Below are positions 51,779 through 61,716 of a DNA stretch of 64,000 nucleotides, one piece after another. Location: the NCBI GenBank assembly GCA_044870765.1, contig JBIOZG010000032.1:1-64000 (forward strand). Direction: 5' to 3'. A program made the translations under genes and the position numbers. How positions within the stretch are numbered: position 1 is the first letter of the stretch; every line of letters starts with the position of its first letter. A model generated the notes under the pieces. That model did no database searches and was not told the origin of the DNA. It saw only the letters and a list, made by a program, of their open reading frames with translations. This DNA is from Nitrososphaeraceae archaeon (GTDB lineage Archaea; Thermoproteota; Nitrososphaeria; Nitrososphaerales; Nitrososphaeraceae).

Positions 51779-53074
51779 TTAGATGTGGGGTGCAATTTCT
51801 CTTACACTAAATTTTTTGATATCCACATCTGTAGCTTCATCCCACCTAAACGCCGCTATTGGTCCACCCCACGTTATTATTTGATCGGCCTTACCACCAC
51901 ATTCTCCTCCTGCATTTCCCCATCCGCCTTTGTCAGTTTTTTCATTTGCCTTTATCCAATTATTGTTGTTGTTTTTATCTACCCAAAGCTCTAATTTTAC
52001 TACAGGTTTGTCTTTTTCAACTGCATTATACATGATTACTTTAAATCCTACCCACTTGCCACTGATTGGTCCAATATTTTCTCCAAATTCACCAAAAGCA
52101 TATCCGCCTGTATGCCATTGTTCTTTAGTCCATCTCGTATTACCATCGTAAAACAAGTCTCCCTTGTATGCGGTACCTTCGCATCCTGCAGGAGCTCCGA
52201 ACCCGGTATGTCTTGCCCCTCTTGCGTACCAAACAAAATTATCATTATTGCCGCTGTTCAGCTTGACGTATCCAGTTATTTCTACATCTCTCCAATCGTT
52301 TGGAGATTGCATGTATCCGGCCATTGCAATCTTGTTGTGATCTAAAGTATCAATTTTTTCGGGATTAAATCCTGAAGAAGTAAATACTCCCATTCTCACC
52401 TTCGTGGATTTAATCTTAAATGAACCATCAGAGTTTTTTGTTAGCATTGTTTGAGGTGAGAACTGAGGATCGCTATTGGGATCAGATTTGAGATACCATT
52501 GTTGACCGTCTTTTTTTGTCTGAAAGATTTTCAGTACTCCAAATTTGTCAAAGCTTTTTTTTTCATCACTGGACTTGATTACTACATTATCCTGTGAGGC
52601 ATCATCTACATTACAATTTTCATCAATCTGTCCGTTTCCATCATTATCCTGACCGTCTCCACATATCTCCTGTTCAGGAACTACTGGAGGAGATTGATTG
52701 TTATCGTCGCCCTGTGGGGTATCACCTACAGTACAGTACTCATCAATCTGTCCGTTTCCATCATTATCCTGACCGTCTCCACATATTTCCGGCTTTGCAA
52801 CCTTTTCTTGAATCAGACTATCAATAAGCTGATTAATCACCTCATTAGTATTGGAATTCGGATCTTTCTTTTCAGTAGTGAGAAAATAATCGTAAATAAC
52901 TTGGTCGGCAGCCGATTTGTAAAAGGGATTACTTTTCGCGGCACTTTCAGATACGTAAGTAAATGGAAATCCTTCTGAGTTTTGCATTAGCTGAGGAATT
53001 GACAGATTAAATGAAAGCAGTATAGCCAATATTACTGATACAAGCAAAGGCTTCGAATTCGGAACTCTCTTCAT
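51779..53074 (-). CDS. Secreted protein with two CGDGQDNDGNGQIDE.C repeats and a Trp-rich, probably beta-sandwich (lectin/lyase-like) C-terminal domain
   Basis: Signal peptide; Asp/Cys metal-binding-like repeats; WRDVEITGY, YKG, KWVGFKV, VKLELWVD, D.GGW, FRWD. Confidence 0.75.
   Translation of the reverse strand: MKRVPNSKPLLVSVILAILLSFNLSIPQLMQNSEGFPFTYVSESAAKSNPFYKSAADQVIYDYFLTTEKKDPNSNTNEVINQLIDSLIQEKVAKPEICGDGQDNDGNGQIDEYCTVGDTPQGDDNNQSPPVVPEQEICGDGQDNDGNGQIDENCNVDDASQDNVVIKSSDEKKSFDKFGVLKIFQTKKDGQQWYLKSDPNSDPQFSPQTMLTKNSDGSFKIKSTKVRMGVFTSSGFNPEKIDTLDHNKIAMAGYMQSPNDWRDVEITGYVKLNSGNNDNFVWYARGARHTGFGAPAGCEGTAYKGDLFYDGNTRWTKEQWHTGGYAFGEFGENIGPISGKWVGFKVIMYNAVEKDKPVVKLELWVDKNNNNNWIKANEKTDKGGWGNAGGECGGKADQIITWGGPIAAFRWDEATDVDIKKFSVREIAPHI
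52620..52786. repeat. Direct repeat, 47 bp identical, 120-bp period (coding)
   Basis: TCATCAATCTGTCCGTTTCCATCATTATCCTGACCGTCTCCACATAT at 52620 and 52740. Confidence 0.95.
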
Positions 53075-53502
53075 TTGAAAAGAGTCACCGCCAAAACATC
53101 ATAAGTTATCACGAATACTAATAAAACAATGAAAGGCTTGGATACTGGGTAAGACGTAATTTTATGTCTAGTAATTAGTTTTTTTACAGAATACACGTTT
53201 TGATACTTGAAAACAAGATATTAATACAAAAGCATAATTTCTACCTAAATTTGGTTTTAATAGTATTGAACATAAAACTCTTTTTTAGTATACAAACATA
53301 ACTATCTTTCTTAATAATTATCAATTTTTCTATGACAATTAACTCGAAGATTTTGAAATAAGTACATCATGAATTAAAAAAAACAAATTCAAAAAGTTTC
53401 GGATTTTCCGTATGGATCCTGAGATATGTGGGTGCAATAACTCAAAATTATAACTATAACTTTAATATAGTGTCCTAGATTGATATATCTATTTAAATTC
53501 AG

Positions 53503-54561
53503 TTGTATTACTATAATATTCATGACATAATAAAAGTTCAATCGGATGTAGTTCTGTATGAGCTGCAATACTTTAAATCAGAAATATTTGAGAACCCTGA
53601 TTTGACTGTTAGAACCATGGACTCTCTCCCCGGTGGAGTGAGATTTTCTAGAAAGATAATAGAAGATAGATCTGCTAATTCGCATAAGATACTCTATACA
53701 GAACATTTAGGGTCATTAGGCGCTCAATTCAGTATCGATTTTGGTGAGAAAATTGAAGTAACTATTAACAAATTGATATCAAAGTCCAAACATGTCCTCT
53801 ATGTAAACCTGGTAGAGCCATTACTTCGCTTCCTTTTCATTTCACGAGGATTCATACTACTACACTCTGCATGTCTGGACAAGAATGATTCCGGACTACT
53901 CATGTCGGCACCTCCGGACACCGGGAAAACCACGACAGTTTTAAAATGTGTAAAAAATGGATTCTCATTTTTATCCGACGATATGACTATAATTAAATTG
54001 CCTAATCAAGCAATGTGTTTTCCTAAACCAATGACTATAAGTTCACACACTTTTAAAACTGCTGTGAGTGTTTCTAATACACGTGACACTGATCGCAGCA
54101 TGAGAGTACGAAGCTTAGTTCATTCAAAAACAGGTAGATCATTTATGCACAAGTTAGCCAAGCTAAATGTGCCCATATTTACTATTAATACAATTGGTCA
54201 ATCAATAGTTAGACCACCGAAGTATAGTATAAATACAATTTTGCAAGATGCCATTATAAAGAAAGATACTCGAGTGGATACTCTGTATTTCCTGAAGAGG
54301 GAAGGTAACGAGTTTATTCGCCTAGATACTGAAACGGCTCTTAATCTTGCTGTTGAAAATAGTGATGATGCGTTTATTTTCCCGCCCTATGCTGAGTTAC
54401 TGAAATATATCGCTATAAAAGGAAAAAGCGCACTAGAATTGCTGGAGGAAGAAAAGAAATTATTGCTTTCATTCCTATCTGGAATTAGCTGCTACATGGT
54501 TAAAAGTGAAACAAGGGCCTGGTTTACTATGATTTCAAAATCCACTCAGAATAAGGCATAA
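53503..54561 (+). CDS. HPr-kinase-related P-loop protein
   Basis: LLHSAC, APPDTGKTT (Walker A) and FLSDD, the HprK C-terminal signature order. Confidence 0.75.
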   Translation: MYYYNIHDIIKVQSDVVLYELQYFKSEIFENPDLTVRTMDSLPGGVRFSRKIIEDRSANSHKILYTEHLGSLGAQFSIDFGEKIEVTINKLISKSKHVLYVNLVEPLLRFLFISRGFILLHSACLDKNDSGLLMSAPPDTGKTTTVLKCVKNGFSFLSDDMTIIKLPNQAMCFPKPMTISSHTFKTAVSVSNTRDTDRSMRVRSLVHSKTGRSFMHKLAKLNVPIFTINTIGQSIVRPPKYSINTILQDAIIKKDTRVDTLYFLKREGNEFIRLDTETALNLAVENSDDAFIFPPYAELLKYIAIKGKSALELLEEEKKLLLSFLSGISCYMVKSETRAWFTMISKSTQNKA

Positions 54562-54635
54562 TTTGAATGGTCCATATGAATTCTCCTACAATCATCAAAA
54601 TTATATCATTAATTAATTTCGACTACTGGAGATGA

Positions 54636-55802
54636 ATCAAGATATTCAAATCGGTTCGTCATCATGAAGGACTAATCTACATTACACTAGGTAATTTTGT
54701 TGGGGCAACTCTCACAGGAATATTCTGGCTGTTACTTGCTATGTTCCAGGAAGTTCACGAATATGGACAAATAAATTATGTGATAGCCATTGCCTCTCTC
54801 TCCTCTAGCGTATCGTTACTTGGACTCAATACTGCAGTAACCACTCTAATTCCGCAGGGTCACAAGCAAATTGACATACAGGCAAATCAAGTTATCCTAA
54901 TTTCAGCAACGATTTGTGCAATAATTGCGTCTCTCTTTAATTGGATACTAGGATTGTTTGTGCTGGGGATGGCCTTCTGGATGATGTCCTCTTATGAGCT
55001 TTTGAGTAAAAAGTTATACTCAAAGTACGCTATTAACATTATCGGTTCGCGAGGTTCTCAACTTGTCTTGTCAATGATACTCTATAATTTTCTTGGACTT
55101 AACGGAATAATTATTGGGTTTATAATTGCTTTCTTTGCATTTAGCTTTACCTATTTTAGGACGATTCCACAATTTAGTAAACGTTTTGGCAACATAAAAA
55201 AGGAGTTCAAGACTTCATTGCATCTATATTCGTATAACCTTTCCAATGCTTTGCTATTGTATTTAGATAAATTAATTATTGCTCCTATCTATGGCTATAC
55301 AATTTTGGGTTATTACCAATTGGGTTTTCAGTTTTTGATGTTTTTTAGTATGATCTCGGTTAGTTTCTATCAATATCTGATACCAGAAGAGTCAAGTGGA
55401 AGGAAAAGAAACAGATTAAGGATATATGGAATTGCACTTTCGATAATCATAACAATTTTGGTGTTTGTTTTTGCACCCGTAATGCTAGAAAACTTCTTTC
55501 CAAATTACATTAATTCACTTAATTCCATAAGGATTCTAAGTTTTGGCATAATTCCAATGATGATAACAGGTACATTGAATTCAAAGTTCTTGGCTATGAA
55601 GCGCACTCGTTATGTTCTATTTTCATCAATAACCTATCAAGTAACACAAATAATTCTTATAATAATCCTCGGTAAATTCTTAGGGATTAACGGAATATCA
55701 TTATCCGTAGTGATTGCAATGATTTTTCAGATAACGTTTCTTGGTATAGCCCATTTACACCTAAATAAAAATAGTAAACAAAGTAGACCAACCAGTACTT
55801 GA
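54636..55802 (+). CDS. Polysaccharide flippase (Wzx/MATE-like)
   Basis: About 12 TMs; YGQINY, YLDKLII...G...LGYYQ. The frame is open from 54636 and encodes the first TM (GLIYITLGNFVGATLTGIFWLLLA) upstream of the track's ATG at 54741. Confidence 0.82.
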   Translation: MKIFKSVRHHEGLIYITLGNFVGATLTGIFWLLLAMFQEVHEYGQINYVIAIASLSSSVSLLGLNTAVTTLIPQGHKQIDIQANQVILISATICAIIASLFNWILGLFVLGMAFWMMSSYELLSKKLYSKYAINIIGSRGSQLVLSMILYNFLGLNGIIIGFIIAFFAFSFTYFRTIPQFSKRFGNIKKEFKTSLHLYSYNLSNALLLYLDKLIIAPIYGYTILGYYQLGFQFLMFFSMISVSFYQYLIPEESSGRKRNRLRIYGIALSIIITILVFVFAPVMLENFFPNYINSLNSIRILSFGIIPMMITGTLNSKFLAMKRTRYVLFSSITYQVTQIILIIILGKFLGINGISLSVVIAMIFQITFLGIAHLHLNKNSKQSRPTST

Positions 55803-55938
55803 ATTGAACCAACACTCTGAATTATCTGTATTAATTACTATTGGCTTGGTCCATTTTTTATCTTACTGTGTTTTATGATATCTCGGATTTCAAATTATGA
55901 AATAAGTTAATTGTTTCTTATGATTTTAAAATGTAACT

Positions 55939-56160
55939 TCAAGGAGTATCGATGCTCTGGTGGGTGTTTTTACATATTAATGTATTATCATTGTTTATTT
56001 TATCGTCGCAGTCGTTACTTTGTCAAGTACTTACATGAACATCAATTGGGGTATTATCTCAAGTAACAGTTAGACTGTTTATGACATTTTGCAAATCATT
56101 TAGACATAGACTATTATTATCTCCATTTATTGTCTCGTCGCAATCGTTTACTTGCTTCGT
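55939..56160 (-). pseudogene. Degraded remnant of an 'NDCD' Cys-repeat protein
   Basis: One frame reads TKQVNDCDETINGDNNSLCLND..VT*..ST*QSNDCDDKINNDNTLICKN..P*: two similar units broken by in-frame stops, with no usable start. Confidence 0.55.
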
Positions 56161-56232
56161 TTTTATATAATAAACACTTTAGAAAATCACAATTTAAGTC
56201 ATTGCCAATTTTAGGATATAAAAATGACTTGT

Positions 56233-56874
56233 TTACTCTTTCTTGTTTTCGGGGTCATTATCAAGTGTCCACGGAAACCAATGTCCAATGATTTTTGCCC
56301 AGTCTATTTTCAAAGCACAATAAATTATTGCTCCTAGGGCAGCAACACTTGCGATAGTTACTACTATTAAGTAATCTATGTTTGTTGAATTTGACATCAT
56401 GTTGTTTACAAACGGTTTTCCGAAATAGATCGCTCCTATTACAAACATTTCGTTTAATACAAATTTTCCCAAAAAAGTTGCTATGGCAAATTTCCAAGGA
56501 CTATATTTGGCAAGGCCCAATGGGATATATACTATATCATCAGGTATTGGACTTACAGCAGCAATAAATGCACCTATTGCACCATATCTACCTAGTAATC
56601 TCTGTAAAGGAATCATTTTCCCCTTAATTTTTGAACTTAACATATTCCTGCCATAATAACTTGCATAAAAAATGATTAATTTTGCGATTACCGCGCCAAT
56701 GGCGCTTGAAAGCGCAATTAAAGTTGGATTTAAATTATCATTAAAAGCTGCTGTAATCAATACTGGGAAATATGGGATAGGTACAAAAACAATTATACTT
56801 CCAACAAAACTAATTAGTAATATACCTAAATATCCAAAATCGTCATAGAATGAAAATAATTGGTCAATATCCAA
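56233..56874 (-). CDS. VTT/DedA (SNARE-associated) membrane protein
   Basis: GYLGILL...VPIPY, SPIPDD...PLGL, F...FLGK. Confidence 0.85.
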   Translation of the reverse strand: MDIDQLFSFYDDFGYLGILLISFVGSIIVFVPIPYFPVLITAAFNDNLNPTLIALSSAIGAVIAKLIIFYASYYGRNMLSSKIKGKMIPLQRLLGRYGAIGAFIAAVSPIPDDIVYIPLGLAKYSPWKFAIATFLGKFVLNEMFVIGAIYFGKPFVNNMMSNSTNIDYLIVVTIASVAALGAIIYCALKIDWAKIIGHWFPWTLDNDPENKKE

Positions 56875-56900
56875 TTCTTCTCAGAACTTGAATCTCTTTC

Positions 56901-58343
56901 CTAATATGCTCTACCAAAATACACTTCAGTGGTCCCTTCTTTTCCGCAGGCTATGCATGAAGAAATATTCCTTTTAGTATTAAATGGAATGATTCGAATA
57001 TCTGCTGTTGTCTTTTCTTTCACAAGATCCTCACATTCTCTCTTCCCACACCAACTGCAAGCGACAAAACCTCCCGATGAGTCAAGCATTGAGAGCAATT
57101 CATCTAGACGCGTTGCATTTCTTGTGTTTGTCACGAGATAATTTTTCGCAAGATGATACATGTTAGATTGTATATTTTCTAAAATTGACAAAGTCTCGTT
57201 TAGAAGATCTTTTTCTTTGACATAAAATCTTTCCCTAGTATCCCTCGTTATTAACTCGACTTGTTCTTCTCGAATATCTCTAATTCCAATATTTACTCTT
57301 AATGGCACTCCTTTCATCTCCCACTCATTAAATTTCCATCCTGAGGTATACTCGTCCCTATCATCCGTATAAGCGCGTATGTTAGAATCCTTTAATTTAT
57401 TTTCTAACTCATATGCTTTTTGTTTCACAATTCCTTTACTTTCGTCCTTATAAATAGGAACAATGATTACCTGAGTTGGCGAAATCTTGGGGGGCAAAAT
57501 AAGACCCTTGTCGTCGCCATGTACCATAATTAAGGCACCAATAACCCTCCAGGAAATTCCCCAGGAGGTCTGCCATACAAGATGTTCAGCAGTGTCTTTG
57601 TCGAGGAATTTAATTTCAAATGGTTTTGAAAAATTTTGAGCCAAATTATGTGAAGTGGCCATTTGCAATGCTTTTCCATCTGGCATAAGTGACTCCAAGC
57701 AAGTAGTATAATTTGCACCAACAAACTTTTCTTTGTCTGTCTTGAGTCCTGATACAGTTGGTATAGCAAGGTATTCTTCTATAAGCATTTTGTAAAGATC
57801 AAGTATCATCCTTACTTCATCGCTAGCCTCTTTTTCATTGCTGTGTGCAGTATGTCCCTCCTGCCAAAGAAATTCTGAATTTCTAATTAGCGGTTTGGTT
57901 GATTTTATTTCAGCTCGCAGAGCACTATTCCAAAAATTCAATTTTAGCGGTAAATCTCTGTAACTTGATATCCATTTTGAGAACATAGAATATGCAAGGG
58001 TTTCTGAAGTCGGTCTAACTGCTAGTTTTTCGCCAAGATCATTATTTCCTGATTTTGTCACCCAATAAACTTCGGGCATAAATCCCTCAAAATGATTCTT
58101 TTCAACAGTAAGGAGACTTTCAGGGATTAATACTGGAAGAAAACCATTTTTGTGACCGGTCTTCTTAAATTGGTAATCAAGTATTTCTTTAATGTTCTCC
58201 CATATTGCATATCCATACGGACGAAGGATTATGAAACCTTTACCCGGCGAATAGTCTGCAATACCGGATTTTATCACACATTGAGTATACCAATCACTGA
58301 AATCAACTGATTTTTTTACTGTTATTCCTACTTCTTTTGTCAA
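56901..58343 (-). CDS. proS: Proline--tRNA ligase (archaeal/eukaryotic type)
   Basis: RPYGY, RPTSET, EFLWQEGHT, QTSWG, C-terminal Zn domain ending GRAY. Confidence 0.98.
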   Translation of the reverse strand: MTKEVGITVKKSVDFSDWYTQCVIKSGIADYSPGKGFIILRPYGYAIWENIKEILDYQFKKTGHKNGFLPVLIPESLLTVEKNHFEGFMPEVYWVTKSGNNDLGEKLAVRPTSETLAYSMFSKWISSYRDLPLKLNFWNSALRAEIKSTKPLIRNSEFLWQEGHTAHSNEKEASDEVRMILDLYKMLIEEYLAIPTVSGLKTDKEKFVGANYTTCLESLMPDGKALQMATSHNLAQNFSKPFEIKFLDKDTAEHLVWQTSWGISWRVIGALIMVHGDDKGLILPPKISPTQVIIVPIYKDESKGIVKQKAYELENKLKDSNIRAYTDDRDEYTSGWKFNEWEMKGVPLRVNIGIRDIREEQVELITRDTRERFYVKEKDLLNETLSILENIQSNMYHLAKNYLVTNTRNATRLDELLSMLDSSGGFVACSWCGKRECEDLVKEKTTADIRIIPFNTKRNISSCIACGKEGTTEVYFGRAY

Positions 58344-58372
58344 GTTACATTACTACGAGGATCTAAGGTGTT

Positions 58373-58666
58373 TTATGAAAGAGGTTCTCCTTTACAATAG
58401 ACTTTGCCCATTATTCTGCTATTAAAGTTACTACATACGTAGCACTGTATGAATCCCAATTCCTTTTTAAAAACTGGACAATCAACAGCCTCCATTTTCA
58501 TTCTTTTTAACATTTTTGGACTCACTCCCTTTAACTTTAGTTTTCCCTTATCATCCATCATTCCGATAGCATGCAGTTCAGATTTCGCCTTGTCATCTAG
58601 TTTGATACTTTTTTCTACTCCCTTTATGGGAACAATGAATTTTGTATCCGGACTCTCCGCACTCAT
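58373..58666 (-). CDS. Small Cys-containing hypothetical protein
   Basis: CP...FIQCYVC...C four-Cys pattern; co-oriented 30 nt upstream of proS. Confidence 0.75.
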   Translation of the reverse strand: MSAESPDTKFIVPIKGVEKSIKLDDKAKSELHAIGMMDDKGKLKLKGVSPKMLKRMKMEAVDCPVFKKELGFIQCYVCSNFNSRIMGKVYCKGEPLS

Positions 58667-58813
58667 AAATGTCTAATGATGTTTAGTTCATCTATATGAT
58701 GCTTGCTATCTGTGTATTTTTTTTATGTGAGAAACTATTGTACTGGTATGTCATAGTTAGAGATCAAATTTAGGGTGTGAAATGATTATTTATTCGATAC
58801 TTGTGAATAAAAT

Positions 58814-59227
58814 ATGGATGATTATTACGGGATCCTTGAGTTAAACAAAAACGCGTCAATTGATGAAATAAGAAGATCATTTAGGATGCTTGCATTGAAG
58901 TATCATCCAGATAAAAATAAGAACGCAGGATCCAAGGAAAAATTTATGAAAATAGTTGAGGCGTATGAAGTATTATCCGATGCTAATGGTAAGAAAAACT
59001 ATGATGAATCAATTACTATAAAAAAGAATACTCCTGAATATGATTTTTCTTGGACACCATCGGCCGATTTTGATAAAGTTTATAGCTATTCGAGGATTAA
59101 GAACACTTACGTTGGAGGAGGAATTTGGGACATTGGTGAAAAGGCAACAAAGGGGATGTGGAAGGCAACGATTATACTTCTTGCGGCACTTGCTTCTGTG
59201 GCGCTACTTATTGTGTTCCTTCCTTAA
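58814..59227 (+). CDS. J-domain protein with C-terminal membrane anchor
   Basis: DYYGIL, KYHPDKN, EAYEVLSD; C-terminal TM; no Zn or C-terminal DnaJ domains. Confidence 0.9.
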   Translation: MDDYYGILELNKNASIDEIRRSFRMLALKYHPDKNKNAGSKEKFMKIVEAYEVLSDANGKKNYDESITIKKNTPEYDFSWTPSADFDKVYSYSRIKNTYVGGGIWDIGEKATKGMWKATIILLAALASVALLIVFLP

Positions 59228-59238
59228 ATAGATTGGAA

Positions 59239-59442
59239 TTATACTCTTTTCTGCTTCTTAGGGGAAGTAGGTCTATTCTTAACCGTATACTTATACCAGA
59301 AGAACGCCGCCAACGCCAAATTTGCAATTGAAGCAAACAGGAAAATTGGAGAATTAGTCTGAGTAAATACTGCAATACCGTAAATTCCAAAAATCATTGC
59401 AGCGATCGATAAAAATTTTAGCTGAGTAGTTGAAATTGGCAA
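59239..59442 (-). CDS. Small two-TM membrane protein
   Basis: Two hydrophobic helices and a basic C-terminal tail. Confidence 0.6.
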   Translation of the reverse strand: MPISTTQLKFLSIAAMIFGIYGIAVFTQTNSPIFLFASIANLALAAFFWYKYTVKNRPTSPKKQKRV

Positions 59443-59534
59443 CCATATTCAAATGTTTTAATCAGTATAAAAGTCAAACTACTATGTAGCAATTTTCCCT
59501 TAACTTGCAAACTAATTTGTAAACCAGACCTAAT

Positions 59535-60299
59535 CTATACAGGATTACAAATTGGAATTGGTTCGCGCTTGTGTTGAGATTTTCTTATCATATCCACTAC
59601 TAATTTTATCTTTTTCTTACTTTTGTCACAGCTGCCTAGATCATTATTGAGATAATATTGCAGTATGATATCTATCTCGCTATAGGAAAGACCAAGTTGT
59701 TTTTCTGCTAAATGTCCCTTCCATAATCTTGGACTACTTGGCTGATTGATAATACGATTTGGAAGTCCTAGTTCCTTACCTAATAACTTCACTTGGCTCT
59801 TGTAGAGTCCTCCAATAGGAAGAAAGTCAGCTCCCCCGTCACCAAATTTAGTAAAATAGCCTATCATTAATTCGCTCTTGTCAGAAGTTCCCAATACAAG
59901 TAGATCACTTATACCTGCATAGTGATATAGCAATGTCATTCTGAGTCTTGCCGAAATATTTCCTGCAGATAGTTTATTCTTTGGGAGATGACTTAACAAA
60001 TTGGTTTTTGCAGTTTCGAAATGAATTTCATTGTAATTGACTTTCAACTCATTTGCAAGATAACGGGCATTGTCAGTGTCCTTTTTTGGTGTAACTCCTC
60101 CTTCTGGCATAATCAAAGCCACTATCCTATCTTTTTTTATGGCTTTGGTTGCTAGTACCAGACATACGGACGAATCAAGACCACCACTCAGTCCAAGAAC
60201 AAGGCCATTTTTCTTGCTTAATTCGACTTGTTTTGAAATAAATCTTGTAATTTTGTGAGAAACTATTTTGTAGTTTAAAGAAAGAAAATCTTGATACAT
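59535..60299 (-). CDS. nadE: NH3-dependent NAD+ synthetase
   Basis: GLSGGLDS, NISARLRM, GYFTKFGDG, SQHKR. Confidence 0.96.
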   Translation of the reverse strand: MYQDFLSLNYKIVSHKITRFISKQVELSKKNGLVLGLSGGLDSSVCLVLATKAIKKDRIVALIMPEGGVTPKKDTDNARYLANELKVNYNEIHFETAKTNLLSHLPKNKLSAGNISARLRMTLLYHYAGISDLLVLGTSDKSELMIGYFTKFGDGGADFLPIGGLYKSQVKLLGKELGLPNRIINQPSSPRLWKGHLAEKQLGLSYSEIDIILQYYLNNDLGSCDKSKKKIKLVVDMIRKSQHKREPIPICNPV

Positions 60300-60301
60300 T
60301 A

Positions 60302-61651
60302 TTATTTTTCTACCGGGGGTTTGGAGAACGTATTACTTTGATCCAGGTGATAATTAATGGACACCTGAGGATCTTTCTGTTTACCTGTTAAAATTCCTAT
60401 TACAATATCGTCCTTTTTTATCATCTCCTCTTGTCTGAGCTTTCTTATTCCGGCAGGGACCGCCCCTGAAGCCATTTCGCAATCAAATCCGTTAAGTCCA
60501 ACTAATGCCATACCATCACTCATTTCTTTGTCCGAAACTTGCGCTACAACACCATTTGTAAATGCAACTGATCTTAGTGCCTTGATCAAGTTGGCAGGCT
60601 TGCCTATCTGTATTGCTGTGGCTTTTGTATGAGGTCTAATACCATTTTTGTCCTTTTCAATGTAGTATTCTCTAATCAAGCTCATATCAGGTCTTCCGTC
60701 ATTCCATGTTAGTTTTTTACTGCCAAACAGTCCATTGGTCAACTCATAAAACGTATTGGCACCCACTGAATTAACGACTAATAATCTTGGAATTTTTTTT
60801 ATCCACCCAAGGTTGTAAAGTTCCATTAAAGCCTTGCCACAACTAGATGTATTTCCTAATGCGCCTCCCGGATAAACAATCCAGTCCGGTGGATTCCAAT
60901 CAAGGTATTCTAATGCTCTGTAAACTATTGTTTTCTGTCCTTCAATCCTGAAGGGATTGATGGAATTTACCGTGTACGCTCCTAGGTTTTGAGCTTGATT
61001 CAATGAATACGTGAGAGCATCATCAAAGTTGCCGTCAATCTCAATCACCTGAGCGCCAAACTGAAATGCTTGACCTAGTTTGCCCGGTGCTATTTCTCCC
61101 TTTGGTACAAATACTTCACATTCAATATTTTCATTTGCAGCGTACATTGCCGCAGATGCCGAAGTATTTCCTGTAGAAGCACAAATGATCTTCCGCATGT
61201 TTATCATTTTTGCATGAGTAACGGCGGTCGACATTCCGTTGTCCTTGAATGAACCACTAGGGTTGTACCCTTCAGGCTGTAGTAACAGCGAATCGTTATT
61301 CATTAGGGAATATTCCGAGACTTTTTTCATTTTGTATGGTTTAGATTGCCTACCTTCAGACCCATCGAGCGAAACTAGTATCCTAGAACATTGATCAAAA
61401 TCTTCTGTATCTAGATGTGCAAAATTAATTAATTCTCGAAATCTCCACACCCCGCTTTCATTGTAAATGTTTCCTCCATGGTTTCTGCGCTGGTAAAAGA
61501 CCTCCACTAATTCCCGGGAATAATTTTTTTGGTAAATAATATCCAAAAACGAGCCACACTTGCAAACAAGGGTATTATTATTAATTTCATAAGTCAGATT
61601 ACACGATGGATTTATACATTTTTTGAATGGTCTTCCTCCCCTATCATCCAT
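60302..61651 (-). CDS. thrC: Threonine synthase with N-terminal Zn ribbon
   Basis: NPSGSFKD (PLP lysine), CASTGNTSAS, NPFRIEGQKT, LTG..KDP. Confidence 0.92.
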   Translation of the reverse strand: MDDRGGRPFKKCINPSCNLTYEINNNTLVCKCGSFLDIIYQKNYSRELVEVFYQRRNHGGNIYNESGVWRFRELINFAHLDTEDFDQCSRILVSLDGSEGRQSKPYKMKKVSEYSLMNNDSLLLQPEGYNPSGSFKDNGMSTAVTHAKMINMRKIICASTGNTSASAAMYAANENIECEVFVPKGEIAPGKLGQAFQFGAQVIEIDGNFDDALTYSLNQAQNLGAYTVNSINPFRIEGQKTIVYRALEYLDWNPPDWIVYPGGALGNTSSCGKALMELYNLGWIKKIPRLLVVNSVGANTFYELTNGLFGSKKLTWNDGRPDMSLIREYYIEKDKNGIRPHTKATAIQIGKPANLIKALRSVAFTNGVVAQVSDKEMSDGMALVGLNGFDCEMASGAVPAGIRKLRQEEMIKKDDIVIGILTGKQKDPQVSINYHLDQSNTFSKPPVEK

Positions 61652-61716
61652 GGATTATTTCCTAAGAAAAAAGATATTTAGACGTTTACGACTTGCGGAG
61701 TCAGGAAATATGTAAT

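Noticed and set aside
55939-56160. In-frame TGA codons as selenocysteine or recoding
   Set aside because: The TGAs do not align with the Cys positions, TAA stops lie just upstream in the same frame, and TGA ends many normal genes in this window.
58676-58720. AATGATG...ATGATG as a C/D-box sRNA
   Set aside because: No CTGA D or D' boxes at suitable spacing; the region overlaps a probable promoter.
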